From: Desulfurococcales archaeon
GTDB lineage: Archaea > Thermoproteota > Thermoprotei_A > Sulfolobales > NBVN01
Direction of reading: 5' to 3'
NCBI GenBank assembly: GCA_015521295.1
Contig: WAOL01000065.1
Location: 1-57,499, forward strand
Length of the DNA stretch: 57,499 nucleotides
Shown: one piece after another, positions 18,427-27,846 of the stretch
How positions within the stretch are numbered: position 1 is the stretch's first letter
How the letters are laid out: each line of letters begins with the position of its first letter
The notes under the pieces: generated by a model
The model's database searches: none
What the model was told of the DNA's origin: nothing
What the model saw: the letters and a program-made list of their open reading frames with translations, nothing else
Position numbers and translations under genes: made by a program

Positions 18427-18588
18427 ATGCGTACGGCAGTGAGGTTAGCACTAGTGCTGGGAGCTGTGATTACTGCTGTGTTAAGCATGCATCCCTCTCT
18501 GGAAGTGTTGTGTTTAACGGTCATCATCACCTTGCTTTACGTGATTAGCGAGTATGTAATGTATAGGATTAGCGAGAAACCTACTTGA
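18427..18588 (+). CDS. Small 2-TM membrane protein (53 aa, below the ORF-track cutoff)
   Basis: Hand translation gives MRTAVRLALVLGAVITAVLSMHPSLEVLCLTVIITLLYVISEYVMYRISEKPT. The ATG lies 4 nt after the preceding stop. Confidence 0.4.
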   Translation: MRTAVRLALVLGAVITAVLSMHPSLEVLCLTVIITLLYVISEYVMYRISEKPT

Positions 18589-18832
18589 ATTCCAGCACAT
18601 CGACCTTATACCAGTTGACCTTGCCTCTCAGGAGATCCTCAACAGAGCGTGCGTCACCCTCCACTGCTATGTAATAGACTTCCTTAAGTACGTGACTTCG
18701 TTTACTTTCGAGAACCTTAAATTCCTTAGCGATCTTATTTATGATATCCTTCGCTATATTCTCATCGAATGTGGTGAAGAATATTGTGGTCTTTACGTAA
18801 CCTTTCGACCCTTTAGCAGTTTCCCCGCTCAC
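18581..18832 (-). CDS. Hypothetical protein
   Basis: 83-aa ORF with a GTG start, co-directional with the ykgJ-ribK-nfi-psmB run. Confidence 0.5.
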   Translation of the reverse strand: MSGETAKGSKGYVKTTIFFTTFDENIAKDIINKIAKEFKVLESKRSHVLKEVYYIAVEGDARSVEDLLRGKVNWYKVDVLEFK

Positions 18833-18848
18833 TGAGCACTCACCTAAA

Positions 18849-19292
18849 CTATTGTGTTCGGTTTTCCTTAATGTACTTAAACACGCTTATTACGGCTTTG
18901 AACTCCTCAGGAAATACCTCAGCTGGGTTGCTCGCTTCCCTCAACTTACTAAAGTTCTCCATAACCCAGTCGCAGAGTAGCGACACACTTACTTCACCTG
19001 TGCTGGGATTCAGTAGCAATGGAAACATACGGCACGATGACGGTCTGTAGTTGTAAATACTGCAACCTCTTTTCTTCACGTCATAGAAGGGGCAGAACCC
19101 CTCTATTACCCACTGATAGAGTCCTTCCCTCACCTTACGGAACTTTAAGTTAATCCCTCTTTGCGTCGCTATTTCCTTCAACCGACGATAATCGCTCTCG
19201 GTAAGTATGGGATAGTCAGGAGACCCAGCGAAGAAGCAGCAGTGAATGCACCTGTAACAAGTAAATTTCATCCCGCTCACACTTCGGCACAT
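18849..19292 (-). CDS. YkgJ-family (UPF0153) Zn/Fe-S cluster protein
   Basis: CxxCxxCC signature FTCYRCIHCCF plus later Cys residues. Confidence 0.7.
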   Translation of the reverse strand: MCRSVSGMKFTCYRCIHCCFFAGSPDYPILTESDYRRLKEIATQRGINLKFRKVREGLYQWVIEGFCPFYDVKKRGCSIYNYRPSSCRMFPLLLNPSTGEVSVSLLCDWVMENFSKLREASNPAEVFPEEFKAVISVFKYIKENRTQ

Positions 19293-19678
19293 ATTAACTT
19301 AACCTTAATAACGCTACCATCCCCTAGACCTAACTCCTTCCTTAGGTTCTTCTCAGCCACTACCTCCAGCACGTTCTCCGGGTGCTTAGTCAGGAAAGGT
19401 CTTATCACTAGGACGTGAATATTGGGCTCGACAATATTTCCGAACCAGTAATAGAATCCACCGTACTCATGGCCATTCATTACGACACTCTTTATCTGTA
19501 GGGGCGGGCATTCGCTGAGGAGTTCCTTGTAACTCTCTTGGATGTCTATGTTGAGGGTTCCTGGGTAGGGTGTATCGTCCAGGAGCTCTGTGAGAAGGAT
19601 ATTGTATACGGGCATGGTCACGTACTTAGCTCCCTCACCGAGGCCCGACACCACCTTGCCCTCAACGATTCTTGACAA
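19277..19678 (-). CDS. ribK: Archaeal CTP-dependent riboflavin kinase
   Basis: GKVVSGLGEGAKYV...YPGTLNI pattern of the MJ0056 family. Confidence 0.8.
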   Translation of the reverse strand: MSRIVEGKVVSGLGEGAKYVTMPVYNILLTELLDDTPYPGTLNIDIQESYKELLSECPPLQIKSVVMNGHEYGGFYYWFGNIVEPNIHVLVIRPFLTKHPENVLEVVAEKNLRKELGLGDGSVIKVKLICAEV

Positions 19679-20300
19679 GTTTTCTCCTCACCTCCTTGGT
19701 CACTTTGTCGGCGACGTACGTCGGTTCAGGTAGTGAGTGTCCCTTAAAAAGTATCTTGCTAAGCCTTTCAATTTCCTCTAACCCGACTTTGTGACCTATG
19801 CTTAAGTATATTGTTTTACTCTTCCTTGGCCTAACGACTATCGCCCCGGGTCTTCCATTAATGAATAGGTACTCCTTTCCATTAACCTCCCTCACCTCTC
19901 CAGTAAGCACTTTCTTCGCAGCCCCTATGCTGGGTGTGTCCAGCACAACGCCTATGTGTGAAGCAATACCTAACCCCCTAGGGTGGGTGACGCCGTGTCC
20001 GTCTACCACTATGAGGTCTGCTTGAACGCCAAGTTTCTCGTAAGCCTTAAACATTAACGGTGCTTCCCTAAAGGCAAGGAGCCCCGGCACGTAAGGTATT
20101 GGCACCTCACCAATCACTACTGAGTAACGGATAAGCCTTAAGTCAGGCATGCGTGTGAGCGCGGCGACTGCGACACCCTTATTACCCACGTATGCCAGGT
20201 CTAGACCAACAACGAACTCAAGCTTACTTACCCTGCCTTCCCAAGACACCTTCTCCGCAAGAAGCCTTTGAAGTTTAAAGGCCTTCCTAGCGCTGAACAT
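19662..20300 (-). CDS. nfi: Endonuclease V
   Basis: VGLDLAY...PYVPGLLAFREAP...VDGHGVTHPRGLGIASHIGV...IGAAK. Confidence 0.85.
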   Translation of the reverse strand: MFSARKAFKLQRLLAEKVSWEGRVSKLEFVVGLDLAYVGNKGVAVAALTRMPDLRLIRYSVVIGEVPIPYVPGLLAFREAPLMFKAYEKLGVQADLIVVDGHGVTHPRGLGIASHIGVVLDTPSIGAAKKVLTGEVREVNGKEYLFINGRPGAIVVRPRKSKTIYLSIGHKVGLEEIERLSKILFKGHSLPEPTYVADKVTKEVRRKLVKNR

Positions 20301-20329
20301 GGCCTTCAGCTTCTTTTCCTCCAGATTAC

Positions 20330-20944
20330 TTACCTTAAGGTAATGCTCTCGCTCCAGGATTTACTCGGCGTAATCACCACTACGTCGATGCCGTCACCTG
20401 AAGTCGCGTCCCTGCTAATTGCGGCTTTAATTGCGTTTAGGGCGAGTTCCTTCGCTTCCTCAGGGCTTAGATCCTTACGGTACTTGCTTTCGACAATACC
20501 TATAGCTATTGGGGCCCCAGTACCTATTGCGGCGTAATCATCCTCGATGACGGAACCCAGTGAATCCATTACGTATAAATGAGGGCCTTCCTCGTCTATG
20601 CCGCCGAAAATCACTTCAGATAGGAAAGGCATAAACTTGTACTGGTACATAATCACGGAGAGTAGCCTAACGGCCGACTTCACACTCATCTTACGTGAGT
20701 TCTCTATCTCGTAGTCATGGATTTGAAGGGTCATTATCCGCTTAAGTGTCTGGATGTCCGCGAAGAGTCCTGCAAATGCTAGGCCGTACCTGTCTTTTAT
20801 GAGGAATACCTTGCGTCCTGCCTTACTCATTACGAAGCCTCCATACGCTATCCGGCGCTCAGCGGCTAGGATTACGGAGTCCTTGGTTTTTAAGCCTACG
20901 GCGGTTGCACCTGTTCCCAGCTTCTCGTAGGACACGTCCCGCAC
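20330..20944 (-). CDS. psmB: Proteasome beta subunit
   Basis: The propeptide ends at G|TGATAVGLKTKDSVILAAERR (Thr1 nucleophile context). Confidence 0.9.
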   Translation of the reverse strand: MRDVSYEKLGTGATAVGLKTKDSVILAAERRIAYGGFVMSKAGRKVFLIKDRYGLAFAGLFADIQTLKRIMTLQIHDYEIENSRKMSVKSAVRLLSVIMYQYKFMPFLSEVIFGGIDEEGPHLYVMDSLGSVIEDDYAAIGTGAPIAIGIVESKYRKDLSPEEAKELALNAIKAAISRDATSGDGIDVVVITPSKSWSESITLR

Positions 20945-20998
20945 CTACTATCAATGGGGTGTGTCGAATTTTAAGGTTAAGGTTTACTTCCGCCGACA

Positions 20999-21283
20999 TT
21001 GTTTAGATTCCTAGAGGTTGGGGAGGTGAAGGATAACACCATAGCCGGCATGCTGAACAAAATAGTGTGGGTGGATAAGGCTAACTTACGTAGGTACTCA
21101 GTAATTGTTATTGATAGGTTACGGCCTGGAGGTTTACGCGAGGTACAGCTCTCGGAGAGCGTTAAGGTGCTTAAGGACAGGCTAATAATCGGTGAAACTA
21201 CAATACCTATCCACAGGATCGTGGAGATAAGGAGAGATGGTGAGCCGGTATGGGTGAGGAAGTCTGCATCAGCGAGGAAGTGA
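20999..21283 (+). CDS. UPF0248/DUF504 protein
   Basis: LNKIVW...IPIHRIVEIRRDGEPVW pattern. The likely start is ATG 21050. Confidence 0.6.
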   Translation: MFRFLEVGEVKDNTIAGMLNKIVWVDKANLRRYSVIVIDRLRPGGLREVQLSESVKVLKDRLIIGETTIPIHRIVEIRRDGEPVWVRKSASARK

Positions 21284-22281
21284 AGGGTGCTTCACCAGTT
21301 CCTTACTCAGATGTGCGTCGACGTGTCCTCGAGATATTTCGTAAGCCGGTGCCCCTAGCGAAAGGTGTCAAGAAAAAAGGCATGGTTAAGCATCTGATCA
21401 AGGTTGATAGGGTATACGGTTACATAGACTCGGCAGTCTTTGCTAAAGTAGAGAAATTGCCGAAGCCCGAGGAATTAAACGCGTTCTACGCAGAAATATT
21501 GAAGCTCGCTGGCATAACGGATTACGCGGACATCCTCAGGAAATTCAGGGGATACCGCAGGGTACTCAGGAAACTGTGGAAGGAGTACAGGCTCAAAATA
21601 AAGTCAACAGTGTCTGCTAGGGAAGCAAATGACGTTGCTAGGGAATTCGTTGGACGAACACTATCCCTCGTGAAGAGGATAAGGAAGGACATAGACCTAC
21701 TTAGGGCGGCCATAGCCGAACTCCGTAAGCTACCGTGCTTCAACTTCAACGAACCAATAATCGTTGTTGCGGGAATGCCTCAGGTAGGTAAGTCAACCTT
21801 TGTTCGCAGGGTCTCCACAGCTGAACCCGAGGTTTCTCCATTCCCATTCACAACGAAGGATGTGATATTGGGCCACATGTTCTTAGACCACGTGAGGGTT
21901 CAGATAATAGACACACCTGGAATCCTTGACAGACCTCTCGACGAGCTAAACGAGATAGAGCGTAAGGCTGTGAGTGCAGTGAGGTTTCTCGGGGACGTAC
22001 TATTATTCCTCATAGACCCCAGGTCATCAAGCTACTATTCCTTAGAGGAGCAGTTGGGACTGCTACGCATGGTAAGAAGCATCTTCAGAGGCAAAGGTAT
22101 GATAGTAGCTGTGAACAAGATAGATGAGGTCAATGACAGCAGGCTAGAGTACGTTGTGAAAAAAATAAGGAAAGTATTTGATGGTGAGATATACTTAATC
22201 AGCGCGCTTCAGGGTACGGGAGTTGATGCTGTTCTACGGAGACTGCTTGAACTTGCGGCAAGTAAGTACCTCACGACTTAA
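21250..22281 (+). CDS. NOG1-type GTP-binding protein
   Basis: G1 GMPQVGKST, G3 DTPG, G4 NKID, plus an N-terminal NOG1-like helical region. Confidence 0.8.
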   Translation: MGEEVCISEEVKGASPVPYSDVRRRVLEIFRKPVPLAKGVKKKGMVKHLIKVDRVYGYIDSAVFAKVEKLPKPEELNAFYAEILKLAGITDYADILRKFRGYRRVLRKLWKEYRLKIKSTVSAREANDVAREFVGRTLSLVKRIRKDIDLLRAAIAELRKLPCFNFNEPIIVVAGMPQVGKSTFVRRVSTAEPEVSPFPFTTKDVILGHMFLDHVRVQIIDTPGILDRPLDELNEIERKAVSAVRFLGDVLLFLIDPRSSSYYSLEEQLGLLRMVRSIFRGKGMIVAVNKIDEVNDSRLEYVVKKIRKVFDGEIYLISALQGTGVDAVLRRLLELAASKYLTT

Positions 22282-23023
22282 CTAATTCCTTGAATCTGAG
22301 TGCGTCGTCACGCATGTAGACGTTGTTAAATAGCACGAAGACCTTCTTAGAGCCTACATTGAGTACTTTCTCCCTCAGTTCCCTAAGGTCATCGTCAGTA
22401 TACCTGTACCTATAGTTCACCTCAGTGCCCCCTATCCCATGTAGCCTAAAGTATGTTGCATCCTTCTCAATCACTGGGGCCCATCTGAATGGGTCGACAA
22501 CATGTACCAGCCAATCATATCTTAGGACAACGTCCTTAAGCTCCGCCTCATGCTCTCTCCAATCTCCCCTGACTTCGAGGCCAATCAAGTAATTCCTTGG
22601 CTTAATAGTTGAGAAGAACTCCGTCATATTCCTTAGGTTTTCCTCTGTGAATTTGAAGGAAGGGGGTAACTGAATGATTATGAACTCGGCCTGAATGGTA
22701 TTGGCCGCCTTATCTATCACCTCCCACGCCTCGAAGTTCTCCTTGGTTGGCCTGAGGTACCCGTACTTGTCCCACTTATCTTTGGGTGGCACCATCTTAG
22801 CTCGTCTCCAAGTCCTCATATTGGGTGGGTGTGTTATAGCTTGCCAAGCTTTCATAGTGAACTTGAAGTTAGCGGGTGCTTCGTCACGTAGTTTACTTAG
22901 TTTACCCTCGTCAGGAGGGTTATAGAACGTGTCCTGAAGCTCCACAACATCGAATAACGTGTAGTACTTGCGGCGCCCAACGGCGAAACCGCAGCACCCC
23001 ACAAAAATGTTTTGCGGGGGCAT
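22271..23023 (-). CDS. DUF72 (UPF0759) protein
   Basis: VGCCGF...Y...F..VE.Q.TFY N-terminal pattern of DUF72. Confidence 0.7.
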   Translation of the reverse strand: MPPQNIFVGCCGFAVGRRKYYTLFDVVELQDTFYNPPDEGKLSKLRDEAPANFKFTMKAWQAITHPPNMRTWRRAKMVPPKDKWDKYGYLRPTKENFEAWEVIDKAANTIQAEFIIIQLPPSFKFTEENLRNMTEFFSTIKPRNYLIGLEVRGDWREHEAELKDVVLRYDWLVHVVDPFRWAPVIEKDATYFRLHGIGGTEVNYRYRYTDDDLRELREKVLNVGSKKVFVLFNNVYMRDDALRFKELVKS

Positions 23024-23431
23024 TCACATCGCCTTTCTAATAACTGGTTTCAAGCTAATTATCTTAAGGCCCTTCTCGCTGACTTTGCTCTTGAGGAGCT
23101 CTGCCGCCTTTAGGTCAAGAACTAATGTCGTTACTTGACACCTGTACCTATCACTTTCCTCCTTGTAGCATCTTAAAAGCCGCACCTCCCCGCCACTTTC
23201 AACGATAGCAGCCGTCAGCTGCTGGACGTCTTCAGCCTTGTTCAGGAGTACTTCGAAGTCGACGGCGAGTTCTCCAGGTGTTGACGCTGGTCGCAGGATA
23301 ATCACGCCCTCATCCCTGCTTACCTCAAGCTCAACGTACGATTCAGGCTCTATGCCAATAGCCTCCCTTAAGTAAAGGGGTATGGTTACCCTTCCCTTAC
23401 TATCCACTTTAACAAGCGCCCTTAACGACAT
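23024..23431 (-). CDS. SpoVT/AbrB-domain DNA-binding protein with a C-terminal ACT-like domain
   Basis: VKVDSKGRVTIPLYLREAIGIEPESYVEL. Confidence 0.65.
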   Translation of the reverse strand: MSLRALVKVDSKGRVTIPLYLREAIGIEPESYVELEVSRDEGVIILRPASTPGELAVDFEVLLNKAEDVQQLTAAIVESGGEVRLLRCYKEESDRYRCQVTTLVLDLKAAELLKSKVSEKGLKIISLKPVIRKAM

Positions 23432-23526
23432 GTGCTAGGATTCCCCCAACGATAAGGGTGGGAAATGGAGTAAAGAAGGTTCCTCAAGCACTGTACAAAA
23501 ATTTTTACCCTTCAGACGACAGTGAT

Positions 23527-23583
23527 GTTCGATGATGAGCGGAACACGGTGTGATGGATGATCGACCCCGCATTTCTGAAACT
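23527..23583 (+). ncRNA. C/D-box sRNA
   Basis: C ATGATGA 23532-23538, 12-nt guide GCGGAACACGGT, D' GTGA 23551-23554, C' GGATGA 23556-23561, D CTGA 23576-23579. Terminal GTT/AAC pairing. AT-rich box at 23495-23507, about 27 nt upstream. Confidence 0.7.
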
Positions 23584-24766
23584 AACCGCTCACGCTTGAA
23601 GCCTTAATGTCCCTAGCCACCCTCGCTAGATCATCGATGAAAGCGTTAATCACTTCCTTCGTTATGTGAGGCATTATGGTGATCTTGATCCCACCAAGGC
23701 TTGGACACGAATATACGTACCACCCCATCTTACGTAGCCTCCAAAGGAGCTCTATTCCAGGCAACTTGTCATGCCGTATGCACATAAGAGGGAGTTCCGG
23801 TCTGGTGGGGTTAAAGCCCTCACTGAGGAGACGCTCATACGCGTAGTCAGCTATCCTTATACACTCGCTATAGGTTTTCTCAAAGCCCTCACGTCCAAGG
23901 TACTTTATTGAGGCCCAAAGCGACGCAACCGACGCAGCTGTCCTAGTCCACAGCAAGCTTAACTGCTTTTCAGACCCCATATACTCGCTCTCGAAGACCA
24001 CGTTATCATACAGATCCTCCCTTCCAAATAATAGCATACCAGAAGGTATAGGAGTCAACCCAGCCTTATGTCCATCCAAACTCAGCGCGACGACGCTATC
24101 AATGCGGAAGTCAAAATCAGGTAACTTCCTTAAGCCGGTAATGAATGGGGCTATTAAGCCACCGAATGCGGCATCAACAAATATCGGAGCATCCGGTACT
24201 AAGTCATGAACAGACCTCACATCATCTATGACTCCCGTCTCAGTATTGCCTGCAGTGAGGAGGATTACTGAACTACTCCCCGCCTCACGAACGATCGCAC
24301 GGACACTCTCAGGCACAACCCTGAGTTCCTCATCTACATCAGCAACAAATATGCGCATCCGCAACACTCTACACGCTTTGAAAACAGAGGCGTGCGCAGA
24401 GCGCGGCACGATCACGTTTTCGTAACCTGCTTCCCGCAATGCGTAGAGGGCCGTTAAGTTAGATTCGCTACCGCCATACGTCGGTATGCCCTGAGCCTCA
24501 GGGTTGCCGAGGAGATCTCCTAGCATAGTGACTGTTTCGTGAAGAAGGTCAGCCGACACCCTAAACCATTGAAGGTCATTCAAATTCCTTCTAAGGAAAA
24601 CCATGTGTGCCTTCAACGACACGGGCAAGGGCGTGGACATCATCGGACCTAAAGAGCGCTGATCCCCTAGCTCGGGTTCACGCTCATTCAACTTGTCTAG
24701 GAGCTCAAATACCTTTTCCCCTAACCCTCTTGCAGGGAACTTACGCGCCCCTATATGCCTTTGCAA
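23582..24766 (-). CDS. mfnA: PLP-dependent L-tyrosine/L-aspartate decarboxylase (MfnA family)
   Basis: GGSESNL, DAAFGG and SLDGHKAG (PLP lysine) motifs. Confidence 0.8.
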   Translation of the reverse strand: MQRHIGARKFPARGLGEKVFELLDKLNEREPELGDQRSLGPMMSTPLPVSLKAHMVFLRRNLNDLQWFRVSADLLHETVTMLGDLLGNPEAQGIPTYGGSESNLTALYALREAGYENVIVPRSAHASVFKACRVLRMRIFVADVDEELRVVPESVRAIVREAGSSSVILLTAGNTETGVIDDVRSVHDLVPDAPIFVDAAFGGLIAPFITGLRKLPDFDFRIDSVVALSLDGHKAGLTPIPSGMLLFGREDLYDNVVFESEYMGSEKQLSLLWTRTAASVASLWASIKYLGREGFEKTYSECIRIADYAYERLLSEGFNPTRPELPLMCIRHDKLPGIELLWRLRKMGWYVYSCPSLGGIKITIMPHITKEVINAFIDDLARVARDIKASSVSG

Positions 24767-24898
24767 CCGTCCTCCCGCAGTATTAGGTTCGCGTGCGTTA
24801 AATGCTTAAATGACGCTGGTACTAGTAGGTTAGGTGGCGCTGAGTTGGTTAACGAGAATAGCGGTAAGGGAACACAGGTTCCAAGTAATGTCAATGAC

Positions 24899-27838
24899 AT
24901 GGCTTCCTACATCGATTATTTAAAGAGTATCGCAATGAAGTGGCTTGAGGTTTGGGAAAGGGAGAAAGTTTACGAAGCGGATCCAGACCCAAGTAGGAGG
25001 AAGTACTTCATAACGGCTGCCTTCATGTATCCTAACGGGCCAGCGCACATAGGTCATGCTAGGACCTACGTGATACCCGATGTCATCGCCAGGTTTAAGA
25101 GGGCTTTAGGGTATGACGTGCTGTTCCCAATGGGCTTTCACTACACGGGCACGCCAATACTCTCAACAGCGAATAAGGTAGCGTCAGGCGACGAAAACTT
25201 CATAAGGAGCATGGCTGCAGCCTTCGGGATACCCGAGGAGGAATTCCGCAAGTTGACGGAGCCGTTGAAGCTAGCCAGGTACTTCCACAGCATATCGAAG
25301 GATGCTATGAGGTTCTACGGCCTGTCAATAGACTGGAGACGCGAGTTCACTACAGTAGACCCTGAATTTAAGGCATTCATTCGGTGGCAGTTCAGTAAGC
25401 TAAAGGAGAAGGGATACCTAGTTAAGGGATCACACCCGGTTGGATGGTGCCCTAGGGACGAGATGCCTGTTGGGATGCATGACACCAAGGACGATGTGGA
25501 ACCGGAGATTGGGGAAGTCACCCTCATAAAGTTCGTGGATAATTCAGGGAAGTTCTACCCCACAGCCACGTTAAGGCCAGAAACTGTGCTTGGAGTAACG
25601 AACATCTGGGTCAACCCTAACGTGGAGTACTGCATCTGCGACGTTAACGTAGGTGGGAGGACTGAGAAGTGGTTTCTTGCGTGTAAGGCGGCCTGGCGTC
25701 TGTCTTTCCAGCTAGACCTTAAGGTGGTTGAGAGGGTTTCTGGGAAAGAATTGGTGGGTAGGAAGGTCATTAACCCCTTAACAGGGCGTGAGGTTGAGAT
25801 ACTGCCCGCAACGTTCGTGTCTGAAGGCTTCGGAACGGGCATAGTGATGAGTGTGCCAGCTCATGCACCCTACGACTACGCTGCCCTCAGGGACTACGTG
25901 ATTAAGTTCCGAGAGGGAAGGTGGGGCGACCTAACACCCATTCCGCTAATAGTTGTTGAGGGCTACAGTGATGTTCCTGCGAGGGATGCGGTAGAGCGTA
26001 GGGGCGTAAAGTCTCAGGAGGATACAGAGAAGCTCGAGGACGCCACGAAGGAGATATACAGGGCGGAACACAGTAAGGGCATCATGAGAGAGGGCTTAGA
26101 AAAGCTAGTAGCTAAGGAGATAATTCCAGGCGCGAGGCAATTCATTACTGAGTCAATTAACGGCGTACCAGTACAGGAGGCTAGGGAGAGGATAAAGGAG
26201 TACCTGACGAAGAATGATTATGCGTGCATTGCGTACGAATTAATGAATGCCCCAGTATACTGCAGGTGCGGTGCTGAAATCGTTGTTAAGTTACTGAGAG
26301 ATCAGTGGTTCCTAGACTACGGTAACCCCGAATGGAAGGAACTAGCAAGGAAGCTACTAGCTAGGATGAGGATAATACCTGAGGCAAGACGTAGTGAGTT
26401 CATAGCAACCATAGAATGGCTTAAGGCGAGGGCATGCGCCAGGAGCCGTGGGCTAGGCACGGAATTACCGTGGGATAAAGGATGGATAATAGAGTCCTTA
26501 AGCGACTCAACGATCTACATGGCGTTCTACACAGTTATACATAGAATAAGGAAATATGGAATAAGCGACACCCAGCTAACACCGGAGTTCTGGGATTACG
26601 TAATGCTAGGTAAAGGAGACGCTAGGGAAGTATCCATCAAGACAGGTATCAATGAGGACGTGCTCAAGGAGTTAAGAGAGGAATTCAACTACTGGTACCC
26701 CCTAGACTCCCGGAACAGCGGCAAGGACTTAATACCTAGCCACCTAACGTTCTTCATATTCAACCACGCAGCCATATACCCGCCGGAAAAGTGGCCTAAG
26801 CAGATAGTGGCCAACGGTTGGGTCCTCGTCAAGGGAGAGAAGATGTCGAAGTCAAAAGGTAACGTGATGATCCTACACGGTCTAGTGAATACGTTCTCGC
26901 CAGACATAGTTAGGTTAGCAATGACGTTAGGCGCTGAAGTTGAGGCAGACATGAACTTCACCATAGAGCTAGTGGATAACGTCGGCGGCAGGCTCAGGAA
27001 AGTGGAAACCATGATTAGGGACCTGTACGGCAAGTGCAATGCGGAGGGTGAGGGCATAGCTGAGAAGTGGATAGCGTCCCGGTTCGCGTTACATGTGAGG
27101 AGGGCAATCAGCGAGTTAGAGAATGTCCGCGTAAGGGCGGCTGGAATCAGAATATTCTACCTAATACCTCAGGACATTGAGGAGTACCTCAAGATGGTTG
27201 ATAAACCTTCAAAGATCCTCAAGAGAATTATTGAGGAATGGATAAAACTAATGTCGATCTATACACCCTTCATAGCTGAGGAGTTATGGCACGCTATCGG
27301 CAAGGGTACGCTAGTTGTAAGGGAGCGCTGGCTTTCGGAGGACGAGCTAAGGAAGATGACGCATGAGGATGTGCTACTGAAGGTCGAGTACGTTAGGAGG
27401 CTAATTCAGGATGTCAAGGAAGTACTGAGGGTCATCGGTAAGGGTAAGGGTATCGTGGTTTACGTGGTTCCTAAGGAATCATACACACACCTCCTCAAAG
27501 TAGCTGAAATCATAAACGCGGGAGGCAAGATCGGGGACGTAATGCGGTACGTTGCCAAAGAGATGAGTGTGAAGGGGAAGGAGGTTCCAAGAGTAGGTAA
27601 GATGTTACTAGAGCTCGCAGTGTCGATGGATCCTGAGGTAATGAACATGCTCAAGAAGGCAGGCGGGATCGACGAGGCAGAAGCTATTAACGAGTTAAGG
27701 CATTACGTAGAGCGTGAGACTGGAGTGAAGATTGTAGGGATCTACCGAGCCGACGATCCTAAAGTCCCTGACATGGGTGGGAAGAAGAGGCAGGCTCTCC
27801 CATGGAAACCCGGAATCTATGTAACCGGCGCTGAGTAA
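24899..27838 (+). CDS. leuS: Leucyl-tRNA synthetase
   Basis: HIGH-type PNGPAHIGHA and KMSKS. The ORF track starts at 24755, but that extension overlaps the mfnA start. ATG 24899 (MASYIDYLKSI...) fits homologues. Confidence 0.95.
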   Translation: MASYIDYLKSIAMKWLEVWEREKVYEADPDPSRRKYFITAAFMYPNGPAHIGHARTYVIPDVIARFKRALGYDVLFPMGFHYTGTPILSTANKVASGDENFIRSMAAAFGIPEEEFRKLTEPLKLARYFHSISKDAMRFYGLSIDWRREFTTVDPEFKAFIRWQFSKLKEKGYLVKGSHPVGWCPRDEMPVGMHDTKDDVEPEIGEVTLIKFVDNSGKFYPTATLRPETVLGVTNIWVNPNVEYCICDVNVGGRTEKWFLACKAAWRLSFQLDLKVVERVSGKELVGRKVINPLTGREVEILPATFVSEGFGTGIVMSVPAHAPYDYAALRDYVIKFREGRWGDLTPIPLIVVEGYSDVPARDAVERRGVKSQEDTEKLEDATKEIYRAEHSKGIMREGLEKLVAKEIIPGARQFITESINGVPVQEARERIKEYLTKNDYACIAYELMNAPVYCRCGAEIVVKLLRDQWFLDYGNPEWKELARKLLARMRIIPEARRSEFIATIEWLKARACARSRGLGTELPWDKGWIIESLSDSTIYMAFYTVIHRIRKYGISDTQLTPEFWDYVMLGKGDAREVSIKTGINEDVLKELREEFNYWYPLDSRNSGKDLIPSHLTFFIFNHAAIYPPEKWPKQIVANGWVLVKGEKMSKSKGNVMILHGLVNTFSPDIVRLAMTLGAEVEADMNFTIELVDNVGGRLRKVETMIRDLYGKCNAEGEGIAEKWIASRFALHVRRAISELENVRVRAAGIRIFYLIPQDIEEYLKMVDKPSKILKRIIEEWIKLMSIYTPFIAEELWHAIGKGTLVVRERWLSEDELRKMTHEDVLLKVEYVRRLIQDVKEVLRVIGKGKGIVVYVVPKESYTHLLKVAEIINAGGKIGDVMRYVAKEMSVKGKEVPRVGKMLLELAVSMDPEVMNMLKKAGGIDEAEAINELRHYVERETGVKIVGIYRADDPKVPDMGGKKRQALPWKPGIYVTGAE

Positions 27839-27846
27839 CTACTCTT

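Noticed and set aside
24755-24898. 48-codon N-terminal extension of the leuS ORF
   Set aside because: It overlaps the divergent mfnA start and promoter region, and the sequence is non-homologous. ATG 24899 gives the canonical LeuRS N-terminus.
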